From Campylobacteraceae bacterium (GTDB taxonomy: Bacteria; Campylobacterota; Campylobacteria; Campylobacterales; Sulfurovaceae), in assembly GCA_027080995.1 (NCBI GenBank), contig JALWNT010000039.1:72689-136688 (forward strand): a stretch of DNA of 64,000 nucleotides. The letters are read 5' to 3'. Of the stretch, positions 8,217 through 17,685 are shown piece by piece. The notes below the pieces were generated by a model, which did not search any database, was not told the origin of the DNA, and saw nothing but the letters and a program-made list of their open reading frames with translations. The position numbers and the translations under genes were made by a program. Numbering within the stretch: the first letter of the stretch is position 1; every line of letters begins with the position of its first letter.

Positions 8217-8494
8217 CCCATTCAACCCAAAATTTACAGTAGACTTCACTCCATCTGCACCAATGATCGGTGACATGGGCGATTCGTCCAAAGCCTTTTG
8301 GGGCGTCTGAGATGCCTGCGGCATAGACGCAGCGCCGTGCGGAGCTACGGAGGCAAAGCAGTTTTCCTCCGCTTTACGCTCCTCCCCCTTGGGTGCGCCT
8401 ACGTTTTGGCCGAACACCCCTGCCAACCGAGCATCGGCGCATCTGAGGTACTTTCTGTTACATCGTATGGGATGATTCTGCAATTTTGATTGCT

Positions 8495-8611
8495 CTGAAA
8501 AACCGAAATGACTCGATTTCGTTATCCTGAACTCGATTCGGGATCCACGGTACCATGGGCATTCAAAGCTCCGGATTCCTGGCCAAGTCCGGAATGACGG
8601 AGGTTTTTCAG
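8495..8611. repeat. 117-nt palindromic intergenic element, copy A (MITE/REP-like)
   Basis: Terminal inverted repeat CTGAAAAACC / GGTTTTTCAG, with an internal hairpin CGAAAT-gactcg-ATTTCG. It has the same length as 21425-21541 and is identical to it at 92 of 117 positions in an ungapped hand alignment. Confidence 0.8.
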
Positions 8612-8667
8612 GTCGATCTATTCTCTGTGGGATCGGGAAGAAGAACGTTTGATGGGAAAAGGTGAAA

Positions 8668-10143
8668 ATGCAAATCGAAATTACATTAGCATGGATCTAC
8701 GGGATCGGGGGGGGTCTGATCGGCTCGATCGTGACGGGCGTACTTGTCGCTGCGGGGATGACCGCGTCAAGAAACCGTCTCGAAGAGGAATTTCGTCAAT
8801 ATCGATTTCGTGTCCAGGAGGAGGAGGAAAAGTGGGAGGAGCAGCGGCAAGATTTTCGGGAGGAGAAAGAGCGTTGGAGTGATACGCTGGAAGCGTGCCG
8901 GATAGAAAACGCACGTCTGAGAAGTCGGATCGACGGTCTAGGACAGATGCTCATGGCGGCGGAGGAACGCGGTGAAGCGCGGGAGCGCGAACTACGGGCC
9001 CAGCGTGAAGCGATTCTATCGCTCGAAAAAGAGCTCAGCGAAGCACAAACCCGTCTGGAGGAGGAGCGAGAGCGCGCTCGGGCCAGACTGGAGGAGCTGC
9101 GCGATGCCCGAACGACATTGCAGAAAGAGTTTAAAATTTTGGCCGAAAAGATCCTGGAAGAGAACAGCCGTCGTTTCGGTGATCTTTCAAGCGATCGAGT
9201 CGAAGAGGTTCTTAAGCCTCTGCGTACCCAGATGGCGGAGTTTCGCGACCGGATCGACCGGGTCCATACCGAGGAGACAAGGGAGAGGGCGACTCTGATG
9301 CAGGAGGTGCGACAGCTCAGGGAGCTCAATCGACGCATCGGGGAAGAGGCCGAATCTCTGAGCAAAGCGCTCAAAGGTGAGAGCAAAACCCGCGGTATCT
9401 GGGGGGAGATGGTTCTCGAAAGGGTGCTGGAGGCATCGGGACTTCGTGAGGGGGAGGAGTATGTCCGCGAACGGACGATGCGCAACGCGGAGCATCGCCG
9501 TCTACGTCCCGACGTCATCGTCTATCTGCCGGACAGGCGGGAGTTGGTCGTCGATGCCAAAACTTCGCTGGTGGCCTACGAACGTTATGCAAACACCGAA
9601 GATGAGGGGCAAAAAAGGCGCTATGCCAAAGAGCATCTTGCCGCCGTCAAAAGACATATCGATGAGTTGGCGCAAAAGGATTACAGTAGGGTGGAGGGGA
9701 TCGAAACGCTTGATTTTGTCATGATGTTTCTGCCCATCGAGGGGGCTCTGGCTCTGGCGTTGCAGGAGGATCCCGGGCTCTATGACGAAGCTTTTTCCCG
9801 GCACGTCGTCCTGGTTAGCCCCACGGCACTGCTCGTGGCACTGAGAGCGGTGGAGAACAGTTGGCGCAGAGAACGCCAGAACCGCAATGCCCGGAAAATC
9901 GCCCGACAGGCCGGAGCGCTCTACGACAAATTCGTCGCTTTCGCCGAAGATATGGAGCGGATCGGTCGGCAATTGGAGACGGTACAAAAAAGCTACGACG
10001 CTTCCTGGAACAAACTCAGTTCCGGACGCAACAACATCGTTCGCCAGATCGAAAAGCTTCGTGAGCTTGGAGCCGAAACGAGTAGGGAGATTCCCTCTTC
10101 TATGGCCGATGAGGCTCTCGGTGACGAAGAGAATGAGCAGTGA
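8668..10143 (+). CDS. rmuC: DNA recombination protein RmuC
   Basis: N-terminal TM helix, a long Glu/Arg-rich coiled coil, then a conserved C-terminal nuclease-like region (...PDVIVYLPDRRELVVDAKTSLVAYERY...FVMMFLPIEGA...). An in-frame GTG at 8662 is an alternative start. Confidence 0.85.
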   Translation: MQIEITLAWIYGIGGGLIGSIVTGVLVAAGMTASRNRLEEEFRQYRFRVQEEEEKWEEQRQDFREEKERWSDTLEACRIENARLRSRIDGLGQMLMAAEERGEARERELRAQREAILSLEKELSEAQTRLEEERERARARLEELRDARTTLQKEFKILAEKILEENSRRFGDLSSDRVEEVLKPLRTQMAEFRDRIDRVHTEETRERATLMQEVRQLRELNRRIGEEAESLSKALKGESKTRGIWGEMVLERVLEASGLREGEEYVRERTMRNAEHRRLRPDVIVYLPDRRELVVDAKTSLVAYERYANTEDEGQKRRYAKEHLAAVKRHIDELAQKDYSRVEGIETLDFVMMFLPIEGALALALQEDPGLYDEAFSRHVVLVSPTALLVALRAVENSWRRERQNRNARKIARQAGALYDKFVAFAEDMERIGRQLETVQKSYDASWNKLSSGRNNIVRQIEKLRELGAETSREIPSSMADEALGDEENEQ

Positions 10144-10168
10144 GTGCATGGAAAAAAACTTCCGTTAT

Positions 10169-10185
10169 TCCGGGCTTGCCCCGGA
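10169..10185. terminator. Hairpin after rmuC (TCCGGG-cttgc-CCCGGA), no T-tract
   Basis: Perfect 6-bp stem 26 nt after the rmuC stop. Its core resembles the ATTCCGG...CCGGAAT hairpin inside element A. Confidence 0.3.
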
Positions 10186-10324
10186 TTCCAGGACTCATTA
10201 TTCCCGTAAAACCATGAACGCTGAAACGCGTTCAGGATGACAAATTATCCAAGATTCGTCGGGATTGCTGCGCGATATAATCACGTGAGAGAAATTCCAA
10301 ACGAACGAAAGAGGTGGATGAAGA

Positions 10325-10600
10325 ATGCAGAGCTATCGTTTTATAGTGCACGGAAGAGTGCAGGGGGTCTTCTACCGGAAGTTCGTTGCGCAAAATCTGC
10401 GCCGGCTCGGCGTGCAAGGCTACGTGCGCAACCTGCCTGACGGGACAGTCGAGGTGGTCGTGCGCTCGACAGAGGAGGAACTCCCACAGATCGAAAAGAT
10501 CCTCTACGAAGGCTCGCCGATGAGCGAGGTGGAGTCGGTGGAGCGGGAAGAGCTGGAGGAAGACGATCTGGTCTATGACGGCTTCGAGATACGATACTGA
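10325..10600 (+). CDS. acyP: Acylphosphatase
   Basis: 91 aa. IVHGRVQGVFYRKFV...GYVRNLPDGTVEVV matches the acylphosphatase signature. Confidence 0.85.
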   Translation: MQSYRFIVHGRVQGVFYRKFVAQNLRRLGVQGYVRNLPDGTVEVVVRSTEEELPQIEKILYEGSPMSEVESVEREELEEDDLVYDGFEIRY

Positions 10601-10629
10601 TTGAATGAGAGTGGTAGAAAAGTTGCCGC

Positions 10630-11163
10630 CTATTTTTTCAATCGGTCGGTAAAGGCACGGCGGACCTTTTCGACCTTGGGGGCGACCACCGCCTGGCAGT
10701 AGCCCTGCCAGGGGTTTTTTTCGAAATAGTTCTGGTGGTACTCCTCCGCCGGGTAGAAATTGCGCAGGGGTTCGATCTTCGTGACGATCTTTCGATCGAG
10801 ATGCTTCTGCGTCTGTGCCGTCACCTCCTCGGCGATCTTCTTCTCCTCGTCGTTTTGATAGAGGATCGTCGAGCGGTACTGGCTGCCATAGTCGGCCCCC
10901 TGGCGGTTGAGGGTCGTGGGGTCGTGGATGGCGTAGAAGATCTCCAGCAGATCCCGGTAGCTAAGTTTGCTGTCGTCGTAGAGGATCTTGACCACTTCGG
11001 CGTGGCCGGTGGTGTCGGTGCAGACCTCTTTGTAGCTCGGATTTTCCACGTAGCCGTTGGCATAGCCGCTGATGACGTCCACGACCCCGTCGATCTGCCG
11101 AAAGGCCGCATCCAGGCACCAGAAACACCCTCCGCCCAATACCGCTTCTTTGATTGCCATCAT
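10630..11163 (-). CDS. msrA: Peptide-methionine (S)-S-oxide reductase
   Basis: 177 aa with the active-site motif GGGCFWC, followed by GYANG...NPSYKEVC..TGHAEVV. Confidence 0.95.
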   Translation of the reverse strand: MMAIKEAVLGGGCFWCLDAAFRQIDGVVDVISGYANGYVENPSYKEVCTDTTGHAEVVKILYDDSKLSYRDLLEIFYAIHDPTTLNRQGADYGSQYRSTILYQNDEEKKIAEEVTAQTQKHLDRKIVTKIEPLRNFYPAEEYHQNYFEKNPWQGYCQAVVAPKVEKVRRAFTDRLKK

Positions 11164-11274
11164 CTTCTCCCTGGAATACTACATTACGTCTCAGAATCAC
11201 GAGGACGATGACGGGGCTAAAGCCTTCAATCCCGTGATTTATCTGGATTATCCAACCGTTTACTATAATTATAG

Positions 11275-12438
11275 ATGAATTTACATTTGAACGGGGACGG
11301 TGTGGGAAGAGAAAGAGCTAGAGTGCTTGTACTATTGTTGCTCATTGGCGAGCTGGTATTGATGTCGGGATGCGGAAAGGAGAAGATAGAGACGTCGGCG
11401 CCGAAGCACCAAGCTCCGCAGGTCAAAGTCCGGAAGCTGGAGATGAAACCTCAACGGTTCTGGGTCGAGTACAGCAGTTACGCCGAAGCCTACGAGGCGG
11501 TGACGGTGATCTCCCGCGTCGAGGGGCAGATCCTGGAGCAGGCCTTCAAGGCGGGGGATACGGTGCGCAAAGGGGATCTGCTCTTTCGCATCGACCCCAG
11601 CGATTATCTGGCCGCCTACAATCGTGCCCAGGCCCAGCTGGAGAAGGACAAAGCGGCGCTGGCCCTCGCCCGGGCCGACCTGCTTCGCTACACGCCCCTG
11701 GTGCAGGAGCGGCTGGCCCCCCGGCAGAAGATGGAGCAACTCCAGGCCGCCGAAAAGCAGATGCAGGCGACGATCAAAGCCGACGAAGTGCTGGTCGCCG
11801 ACGCCAAACTCAAGCTCTCTTACTGCGACGTCAAAGCCCCCATCGACGGCAAGATCGGCCGGGAGCTGATCAAGCCGGGCAACCTGGTCACCCCGGGGAC
11901 CAAGCTGGCCTCCATCGTCGATTCGAAGTATCTGCAGGCCGACATCTTTCCCAGTACCCGCGACACCGCCAGCATCCAGAAGTACAAATCCCGCCCCTAT
12001 CCTGAGGTGGAGCTCTTTTTGCGGGACGACCCGACGATCCGGCTGCACGGTGCCGTGGAGTACATCTCCAGCGTCGCCGACAAACGCACCGGGACCGTGC
12101 CGATGCGCGTGCGCGTCCCCAACCCCAAAGAGTTGATCCTCCCCGGCAGTTTCGTCACCGTCCGATTGATCATCAACGATCACATTCCCGCCGTGACCAT
12201 CGCGCCCGATTGGGTCTTTCAGGATCAGGAGGGGGAGTTCGTCTACATCGTGGACGCCAACGACACCCTGCGCAAAGCCCATTTTCGCTCGCCATTCACC
12301 AACGCCCAGATGGTGGTCCTGCCCTCCACCTTCGCCGGGAAGCTGGCGCTGGTCCAGCCGGCGGGCTCTTTGGTGGCGGGGATGAAGGTCCAACCGCAGG
12401 TCGTCGGGAAGCGGGCTGAAGCAGAGGGCGGTCGCTGA
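11275..12438 (+). CDS. RND efflux periplasmic adaptor (membrane fusion protein, HlyD/AcrA family), lipoprotein
   Basis: 387 aa with lipobox LMSGC and coiled-coil hairpin and beta-barrel regions typical of adaptors. It ends 2 nt before the RND pump gene. An alternative GTG start lies at 11323. Confidence 0.85.
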   Translation: MNLHLNGDGVGRERARVLVLLLLIGELVLMSGCGKEKIETSAPKHQAPQVKVRKLEMKPQRFWVEYSSYAEAYEAVTVISRVEGQILEQAFKAGDTVRKGDLLFRIDPSDYLAAYNRAQAQLEKDKAALALARADLLRYTPLVQERLAPRQKMEQLQAAEKQMQATIKADEVLVADAKLKLSYCDVKAPIDGKIGRELIKPGNLVTPGTKLASIVDSKYLQADIFPSTRDTASIQKYKSRPYPEVELFLRDDPTIRLHGAVEYISSVADKRTGTVPMRVRVPNPKELILPGSFVTVRLIINDHIPAVTIAPDWVFQDQEGEFVYIVDANDTLRKAHFRSPFTNAQMVVLPSTFAGKLALVQPAGSLVAGMKVQPQVVGKRAEAEGGR

Positions 12439-12440
12439 GG

Positions 12441-15400
12441 ATGTTCTCGCTCTTTTTCATCGACCGACCCGTCGTCGCCAAGGTCATCTCGATCATCATC
12501 GTGCTGCTGGGGCTGATCTCCCTGAAGCTTCTGCCCATCGCTCAATTCCCCGAGATCGTCCCCCCGACGATCAAGGTTTCCGCCAGTTACAAAGGCGCCT
12601 CGGCCTCCGTGGTCGAAGAGACGGTCACCCGCCCCATCGAGGAGCAGCTGGGCGGGATGGAGGGGGCGCTCTACAGCTCCTCGATCTCCTCCTCCGACGG
12701 CTCTTCGGTCGTCACCGTCACCTTCAAGCCGGGCTACGACCTGGACACCGCCGCCGTGGATGTACAGAACCGCGTCGCCCGGGCCCTGCCGACCCTGCCC
12801 GAAGCGGTCAAAAAGACCGGCGTCTCCACCCGAAAGGTTTCGACCAATATGGTGCAGATCGTCTCGGTCCGCTCCACCAATCCCGAACACGACGGCCTCT
12901 ACCTCTCCAACTTCGCCGCGCTGAACATCGTCGAGGAGCTCAAACGCATCCCCGGCGTGGGCGACGTGCAGAACCTGGGGGAGCGTCGCTACGCCCTGCG
13001 GATCTGGATCGACCCCGACAAACTGAGCCTCCTGGGGCTGACGGTCAACGACATCGCCAACGCCCTGCGAAGCCAGAGCCTCCAGGCGGCCCTGGGCAAG
13101 GTGGGGGATACGACCCTGAGCCGCCAGGGGCGCTTCCAGTACACCCTGGTCGCCAAGACCCGCCTCGACAGCGTCCCCGCCTTCAAAAAGATCATCCTGC
13201 GCTGGAACCGTGACGGCTCCGCCGTGCGCCTGGGAGACGTGGCCCGCGTCGAGCTGGGATCGGAGAGCTATCTATGGTCGGCCCGCTATGACAACAAGCC
13301 CGCCGCGCTGCTGGGGATCTATCAGCTCCCCGGCGCCAACGCCCTGGATGTGGCCCAAAAGATCAAAGCGAAGCTGGCGGAGCTCAAACGGCGCTTCCCC
13401 AAGGACATCATCGTCGAGCCCAGCTACGACACCACCCGCTTCGTGGAAGTCTCCATCGAGGAGGTGGTCCAGACCCTCATCGAGGCGCTGATCCTGGTCC
13501 TCATCGTCGTCTACCTCTTCCTCCAGTCGGTCCGGGCGACCCTGGTCCCCGCCATCGCGATCCCCGTCTCCCTCATCGGCACCTTCGCCGCGATGCTGGC
13601 GGCGGGATTCTCCATCAACACCCTGACCCTCTTCGGCCTGATCCTGGCCATCGGAATCGTCGTCGACGACGCCATCCTCGTGGTGGAGAATGTCGAGGCC
13701 AACCTGGAGAAGACCCCCGATCTCACGGTCAAAGAGGCGACCCGACAAGCGATGAAGGAGATCTTCTCCCCGATCCTCTCGACGACGCTGGTCCTCCTGG
13801 CGGTCTTCATCCCCGTCACTTTCATCCCCGGGATCTCCGGCGCCCTCTATCGGCAGTTCGCCCTGACCATCGCCTTTTCGGTGCTGATCTCCTCCATCGT
13901 GGCTCTGACCCTCTCGCCGGCGATGGCGGCGACCCTGCTGCGGCGCAGAACGGGGAAGAAAAACCTCTTTTTCCGCGCCTTCGACCGGGTCCTGGAGCGG
14001 ATCAAAGGGGGCCAGAAGCGCCTCGCCACCGGCCTGATCCGCCACTGGTATCTGCCCATCGCCGTCTATCTGGCTCTGCTGGGCGGGGCCTACTACCTCT
14101 TTCGCACCGTTCCCACGGGCTTCCTGCCCGACGAGGACCAGGGGACGCTGGTCGCGATGCTCACTATGGAGCCGGGCGTCCGCCTTCACGAGACGGAAAA
14201 GGCGAGTCGGAAGGTGGTCGAGATCCTCAAGAAAACCCCCGGGGTCGAGGACGCCGTCAGTGTCGACGGCTACAACGGCATTCTGGGGACCCTCGATTCC
14301 TCCTCCGCCGTCTTCTTCATCGTCCTCAAGGATTGGAGCCAGCGGACCACCCCGCAGCTGAGCCTGCCGGCCATTATGGCCCACATCAACGCTCAAGTCA
14401 AAAAGGCGCTCCCCCACATCACCTTCCGGGTCTTCAGCCCACCCTCGATCCCCGGCCTTTCGGCGACGGGGGGCTTCGAGTTTCACCTGGAGAACCTGGA
14501 GGGGATGCCCCTGAAGGATTTCGAGAAACAGGCCCGCCGCTTCATCGCCAGGCTCAACGCCGACCCGCGGATCGCTATGGCCTATACGATGTTCAACAGC
14601 AACTACCCCCAGCTGCGCATCGACATCGACCGCGACCGCCTCGCCGCCTCGGGGGTCAAACTCAGCGACCTGCTGGGGGTCCTGGGGAGTTATCTGGGCT
14701 CGCTCTACATCGACGACTTCAGCAAATTCTCCAAGAACTACCGCATCTTCGTTCAGGTGGACGAGAAGTACCGCAGTGAAGCGCGGCGGCTGGACCGCTT
14801 CTTCGTCCGCAACAAGGAGGGCACGATGGTCCCCCTGGGGAGTCTGGTGCGCATCGAGCGCGGCAGCGGCCCCAGCACCATCAGCCACTTCGACGCCTAT
14901 CAGAGCATCTCGGTCAACGGGATGCACAACGTCAAAGGGGGCTACAGCTCTGCCGACGCCCTGGCCGCCATCGACGAGGCGGCCGCCTCGCTGCCGCCGG
15001 GGATCGGCTACGCCTATTCGGGGATCAGCCTCCAGGAGAAAGAGGCGGGCAACGCCGCCTTCTATATCTTCCTGCTTTCCTTGCTGACGGTCTATCTCTT
15101 CCTGGCGGCCCAGTACGAGAGTTGGGTTCTGCCCCTGAGTATCCTGCTGCCGATTCCTGTGGTGATGTTCGGCGCCCTGGGAGCCAACTGGATGGCGGGG
15201 CTCCTCAACGACATCTACACCCAGATCGGCCTGGTGCTCCTGATCGCGATGGCTTCCAAGAACGCCATTATGGTCGTGGAGTTCGCCAAAGAGATGCACG
15301 AGAAGGGCGGCGGCCTGGTCGAAAGCGCCGTGCAGGCATCCGTGCTGCGCCTGCGGGCGATCCTGATGACCGCCTTCTCCTTCCTGCTGGGGATTTTGCC

Positions 15401-15569
15401 GCTGCTGATCGCCACGGGGGCGGGGGCGGCGTCGCGGCGCTCGCTGGGGACCGCGGTCTTCGGGGGGATGGCTCTGTCGACCCTGCTGACCTTTTTACTG
15501 ACCCCGGTGCTCTTCGTCGTGCTGGAGCGTATGCGTGAGAAATTTTCAGGAGCCGAAAATGAAGCCTAA
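12441..15569 (+). CDS. RND (HAE1, AcrB-like) multidrug efflux permease
   Basis: 1042 aa. The N-terminus MFSLFFIDRPVVAKVISIIIVLLG...AQFPEIVPPTI is characteristic. The layout is 12 TM helices with two large periplasmic loops. Confidence 0.95.
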   Translation: MFSLFFIDRPVVAKVISIIIVLLGLISLKLLPIAQFPEIVPPTIKVSASYKGASASVVEETVTRPIEEQLGGMEGALYSSSISSSDGSSVVTVTFKPGYDLDTAAVDVQNRVARALPTLPEAVKKTGVSTRKVSTNMVQIVSVRSTNPEHDGLYLSNFAALNIVEELKRIPGVGDVQNLGERRYALRIWIDPDKLSLLGLTVNDIANALRSQSLQAALGKVGDTTLSRQGRFQYTLVAKTRLDSVPAFKKIILRWNRDGSAVRLGDVARVELGSESYLWSARYDNKPAALLGIYQLPGANALDVAQKIKAKLAELKRRFPKDIIVEPSYDTTRFVEVSIEEVVQTLIEALILVLIVVYLFLQSVRATLVPAIAIPVSLIGTFAAMLAAGFSINTLTLFGLILAIGIVVDDAILVVENVEANLEKTPDLTVKEATRQAMKEIFSPILSTTLVLLAVFIPVTFIPGISGALYRQFALTIAFSVLISSIVALTLSPAMAATLLRRRTGKKNLFFRAFDRVLERIKGGQKRLATGLIRHWYLPIAVYLALLGGAYYLFRTVPTGFLPDEDQGTLVAMLTMEPGVRLHETEKASRKVVEILKKTPGVEDAVSVDGYNGILGTLDSSSAVFFIVLKDWSQRTTPQLSLPAIMAHINAQVKKALPHITFRVFSPPSIPGLSATGGFEFHLENLEGMPLKDFEKQARRFIARLNADPRIAMAYTMFNSNYPQLRIDIDRDRLAASGVKLSDLLGVLGSYLGSLYIDDFSKFSKNYRIFVQVDEKYRSEARRLDRFFVRNKEGTMVPLGSLVRIERGSGPSTISHFDAYQSISVNGMHNVKGGYSSADALAAIDEAAASLPPGIGYAYSGISLQEKEAGNAAFYIFLLSLLTVYLFLAAQYESWVLPLSILLPIPVVMFGALGANWMAGLLNDIYTQIGLVLLIAMASKNAIMVVEFAKEMHEKGGGLVESAVQASVLRLRAILMTAFSFLLGILPLLIATGAGAASRRSLGTAVFGGMALSTLLTFLLTPVLFVVLERMREKFSGAENEA

Positions 15570-16836
15570 GATCTTTTTGCTGGCGGTCCTCTCGGCGGCG
15601 CTTCTCGACGCCCGGGCCCTGAGGGTGGACGACCTGGTGCAGATCGCCCTGAAGCACAGCCCCGACATCCGCATCGGCGACTACGAATACCGCGCCTCCC
15701 ACCAGCGCAGCCGCATCAGCGAAAGCGTGCGCCTGCCCCAGATCAGCGCCACCGCCGCCCTGGAGCACGGCGAGGACCGCTACGCGGGCGGCATCGACGA
15801 CCACGGCGATACCCTGCGCGGCGGCCTGCGGCTGGACCAGCTCCTCTACGATTTCGGCCGAAGCGGCGGCAGCATTGAAGCGGCCCGGGAGAACGAAATG
15901 CTCTACCGCGCCCGCCTGCACCAGATCGTCGCCGACAAGGTCTATCAGGTCAAGCTGCGCTACTACGACGCACTCAAGGCCAAGACCCATATCCTCGTCC
16001 AGGAGAAGAACCTCAAACTCCAGCAGGAGCAGCTCCGCCGGGCCAAGCGCTATCTGCAGGCGGGAATCAAAACCGTCGTGGACGTCACCGACGCGCGATT
16101 GCGCCTGGAGCAGGCCCGCAAATCCCTCAGCGACGCCCGCTATCTGCTCAAGCTCCGCCGGGCCCTGCTGGAAGAGAGCCTGGGGACCGTGCCCGAGGAG
16201 GGGAGATACACCCTCTACGGTGCTTCGACGGACCTCTCCCATCTGTCGCTGCCGGGCAAAGAGGCGCCTCTGTCGGAGCTGATGCGCTACGCCCTGAAAC
16301 ACCGCCCCCTCCTGCAAGGAGTCGAGCACGGCATCCGCAGCGCCGACGCGGCGGCACGAAGCAAAGAGGCTCACTACACCCCGATCCTGAACCTCGTCGG
16401 CGAAGCCGCCGCACGGCACGACGATACGAAGCTTCCATCCTCGATGCCGACCCGCCACGCCAAAGTGGGGCTGCAGCTGAGCTGGGACCTCTTCAGCGGC
16501 TACCGCGACAGCGCCGAAGCCCAGGAGGCACGGATCTACGCGATGAAAGCCCGGGCCCAGAAGGATCGGGCCGTGCTGACGATCCGCCGCGAAGTGACCC
16601 AGGCGGACCTGAACCTGCGTCAAAAGCGCGAAGCCTTCCGGCTCAGCCGGGCGATTGTCGCCCAGGCCAAGGAGAAGTTCCGCCAGGCGCAGAAACGCTA
16701 CGACAACGACCTGGCCGACTACATCGAGCTGCAGGAAGCCCGCCAGAGCTACATCGACACCCTCTCGGGCCTGGTCAACAGCTACTACGACTACTACGCC
16801 GCCCGCGCCCAGCTCGACCGGGCGATCGGACGCTAG
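15559..16836 (+). CDS. Outer-membrane efflux factor (TolC/OprM family)
   Basis: The start is chosen at MKPKIFLLAVLSAALLDA, with an AGGAG RBS, and overlaps the pump stop by 11 nt. The protein has two repeated coiled-coil halves typical of OEP proteins. Confidence 0.85.
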   Translation: MKPKIFLLAVLSAALLDARALRVDDLVQIALKHSPDIRIGDYEYRASHQRSRISESVRLPQISATAALEHGEDRYAGGIDDHGDTLRGGLRLDQLLYDFGRSGGSIEAARENEMLYRARLHQIVADKVYQVKLRYYDALKAKTHILVQEKNLKLQQEQLRRAKRYLQAGIKTVVDVTDARLRLEQARKSLSDARYLLKLRRALLEESLGTVPEEGRYTLYGASTDLSHLSLPGKEAPLSELMRYALKHRPLLQGVEHGIRSADAAARSKEAHYTPILNLVGEAAARHDDTKLPSSMPTRHAKVGLQLSWDLFSGYRDSAEAQEARIYAMKARAQKDRAVLTIRREVTQADLNLRQKREAFRLSRAIVAQAKEKFRQAQKRYDNDLADYIELQEARQSYIDTLSGLVNSYYDYYAARAQLDRAIGR

Positions 16837-16839
16837 AGA

Positions 16840-17457
16840 ATGCTCGGCTGGGACTGGCTGCTGGCTCTGGTGCTTTTTGAGCTGGCCACCGGATACACTC
16901 CCGGCCCCAACAATCTCATCGCTCTCTCCATCGGCTTCAGCCACGGTTACCGCCGGGCGCTTCCCCACATCCTGGGTGTGACCGTCGGCTTTCCTCTGAT
17001 GCTTCTGGCCATCGGCTTCTTTCTCAAGCCTCTCCTGGACCACTCGCCGCTGCTCTTCGAAGGGCTCAAATACCTGAGCATCTCCTTCGTCCTCTATCTC
17101 GCTTGGAAGGTCGCCTCCGCCCCCGTGGCCGAGGAGGAGTCCGAGATCGAAGCGGCACAGCGCCGTCCCGCCGCCCCCATTACCTTCTGGCAGTCGGTGC
17201 TGCTTCAGTGGGTCAACCCCAAGGCCTGGGCAGGAGCGCTCAGCATCGTAACGATCTACACCATCCCCGGGCATTTCACCCGGAGTATGTTCGCCGCCGC
17301 CTTCGTTACAGCATTTATGGTCTTCACCGCCGTCTCCCTCTGGGCCCTTGCCGGCCGTTTCCTAAAAGGAAGGATCCGCGACCGGAAGAAGATCCTACTG
17401 TTCAACCGGGTGATGGCGCTTTTGCTGGTGCTGTCGGTGGGAATGATGGTTTTTTAG
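16840..17457 (+). CDS. LysE/RhtB family amino-acid exporter
   Basis: 205 aa and multi-TM, with the N-terminal motif TGYTPGPNNLIALSIG typical of the LysE family. Confidence 0.8.
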   Translation: MLGWDWLLALVLFELATGYTPGPNNLIALSIGFSHGYRRALPHILGVTVGFPLMLLAIGFFLKPLLDHSPLLFEGLKYLSISFVLYLAWKVASAPVAEEESEIEAAQRRPAAPITFWQSVLLQWVNPKAWAGALSIVTIYTIPGHFTRSMFAAAFVTAFMVFTAVSLWALAGRFLKGRIRDRKKILLFNRVMALLLVLSVGMMVF

Positions 17458-17574
17458 ACTAAACAAATCTATCGATTTCTGGGACAGTGACTCCGATTCC
17501 GATCATTGAAAACCACTTTCTATTCTTTTCAGACTCTCCATCTATCAGATACTTTCGACTTTTCTGTACACCAA

Positions 17575-17589
17575 TTATAATTCTTATAA
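17575..17589. promoter_or_regulatory. PerR/Fur-type 7-1-7 inverted repeat TTATAATTCTTATAA
   Basis: It matches the Bacillus-type Per box TTATAATnATTATAA at 13 of 14 defined positions. It overlaps a TATAAT at 17576-17581 and lies upstream of a second TATAAT at 17634-17639 and of the ferritin-like gene. Confidence 0.45.
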
Positions 17590-17685
17590 GTTTATTTATT
17601 TGGAAAATAATTTTCTTTTAAGAGTAATTAGCATATAATTCTTTATGGAAAAAATTTATCCATATAAAACCTGAAGGAGAGAAAG

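Noticed and set aside
8297-8388. Possible tmRNA, c-di-GMP riboswitch or other known RNA family
   Set aside because: The GGGGCG start is superficially tmRNA-like and AGGCAAAGC resembles a GEMM fragment. However, there is no tRNA-like 3' end (..TTCGA..CCA), no tag ORF, and the GEMM consensus blocks are not present. I kept it only as an unassigned structured region.
8154-8483. 109-aa minus-strand ORF in the gap before rmuC
   Set aside because: It has a TTG start with no Shine-Dalgarno sequence and no recognisable protein features. The region folds into GC-rich hairpins, so I treat it as non-coding.
13272-17274. 675-aa and 668-aa minus-strand ORFs opposite the RND pump, the outer-membrane factor and the LysE gene
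   Set aside because: They are antisense to unmistakable AcrB/TolC-type genes and have low-complexity Gly/Asp/Arg/Glu-rich composition.
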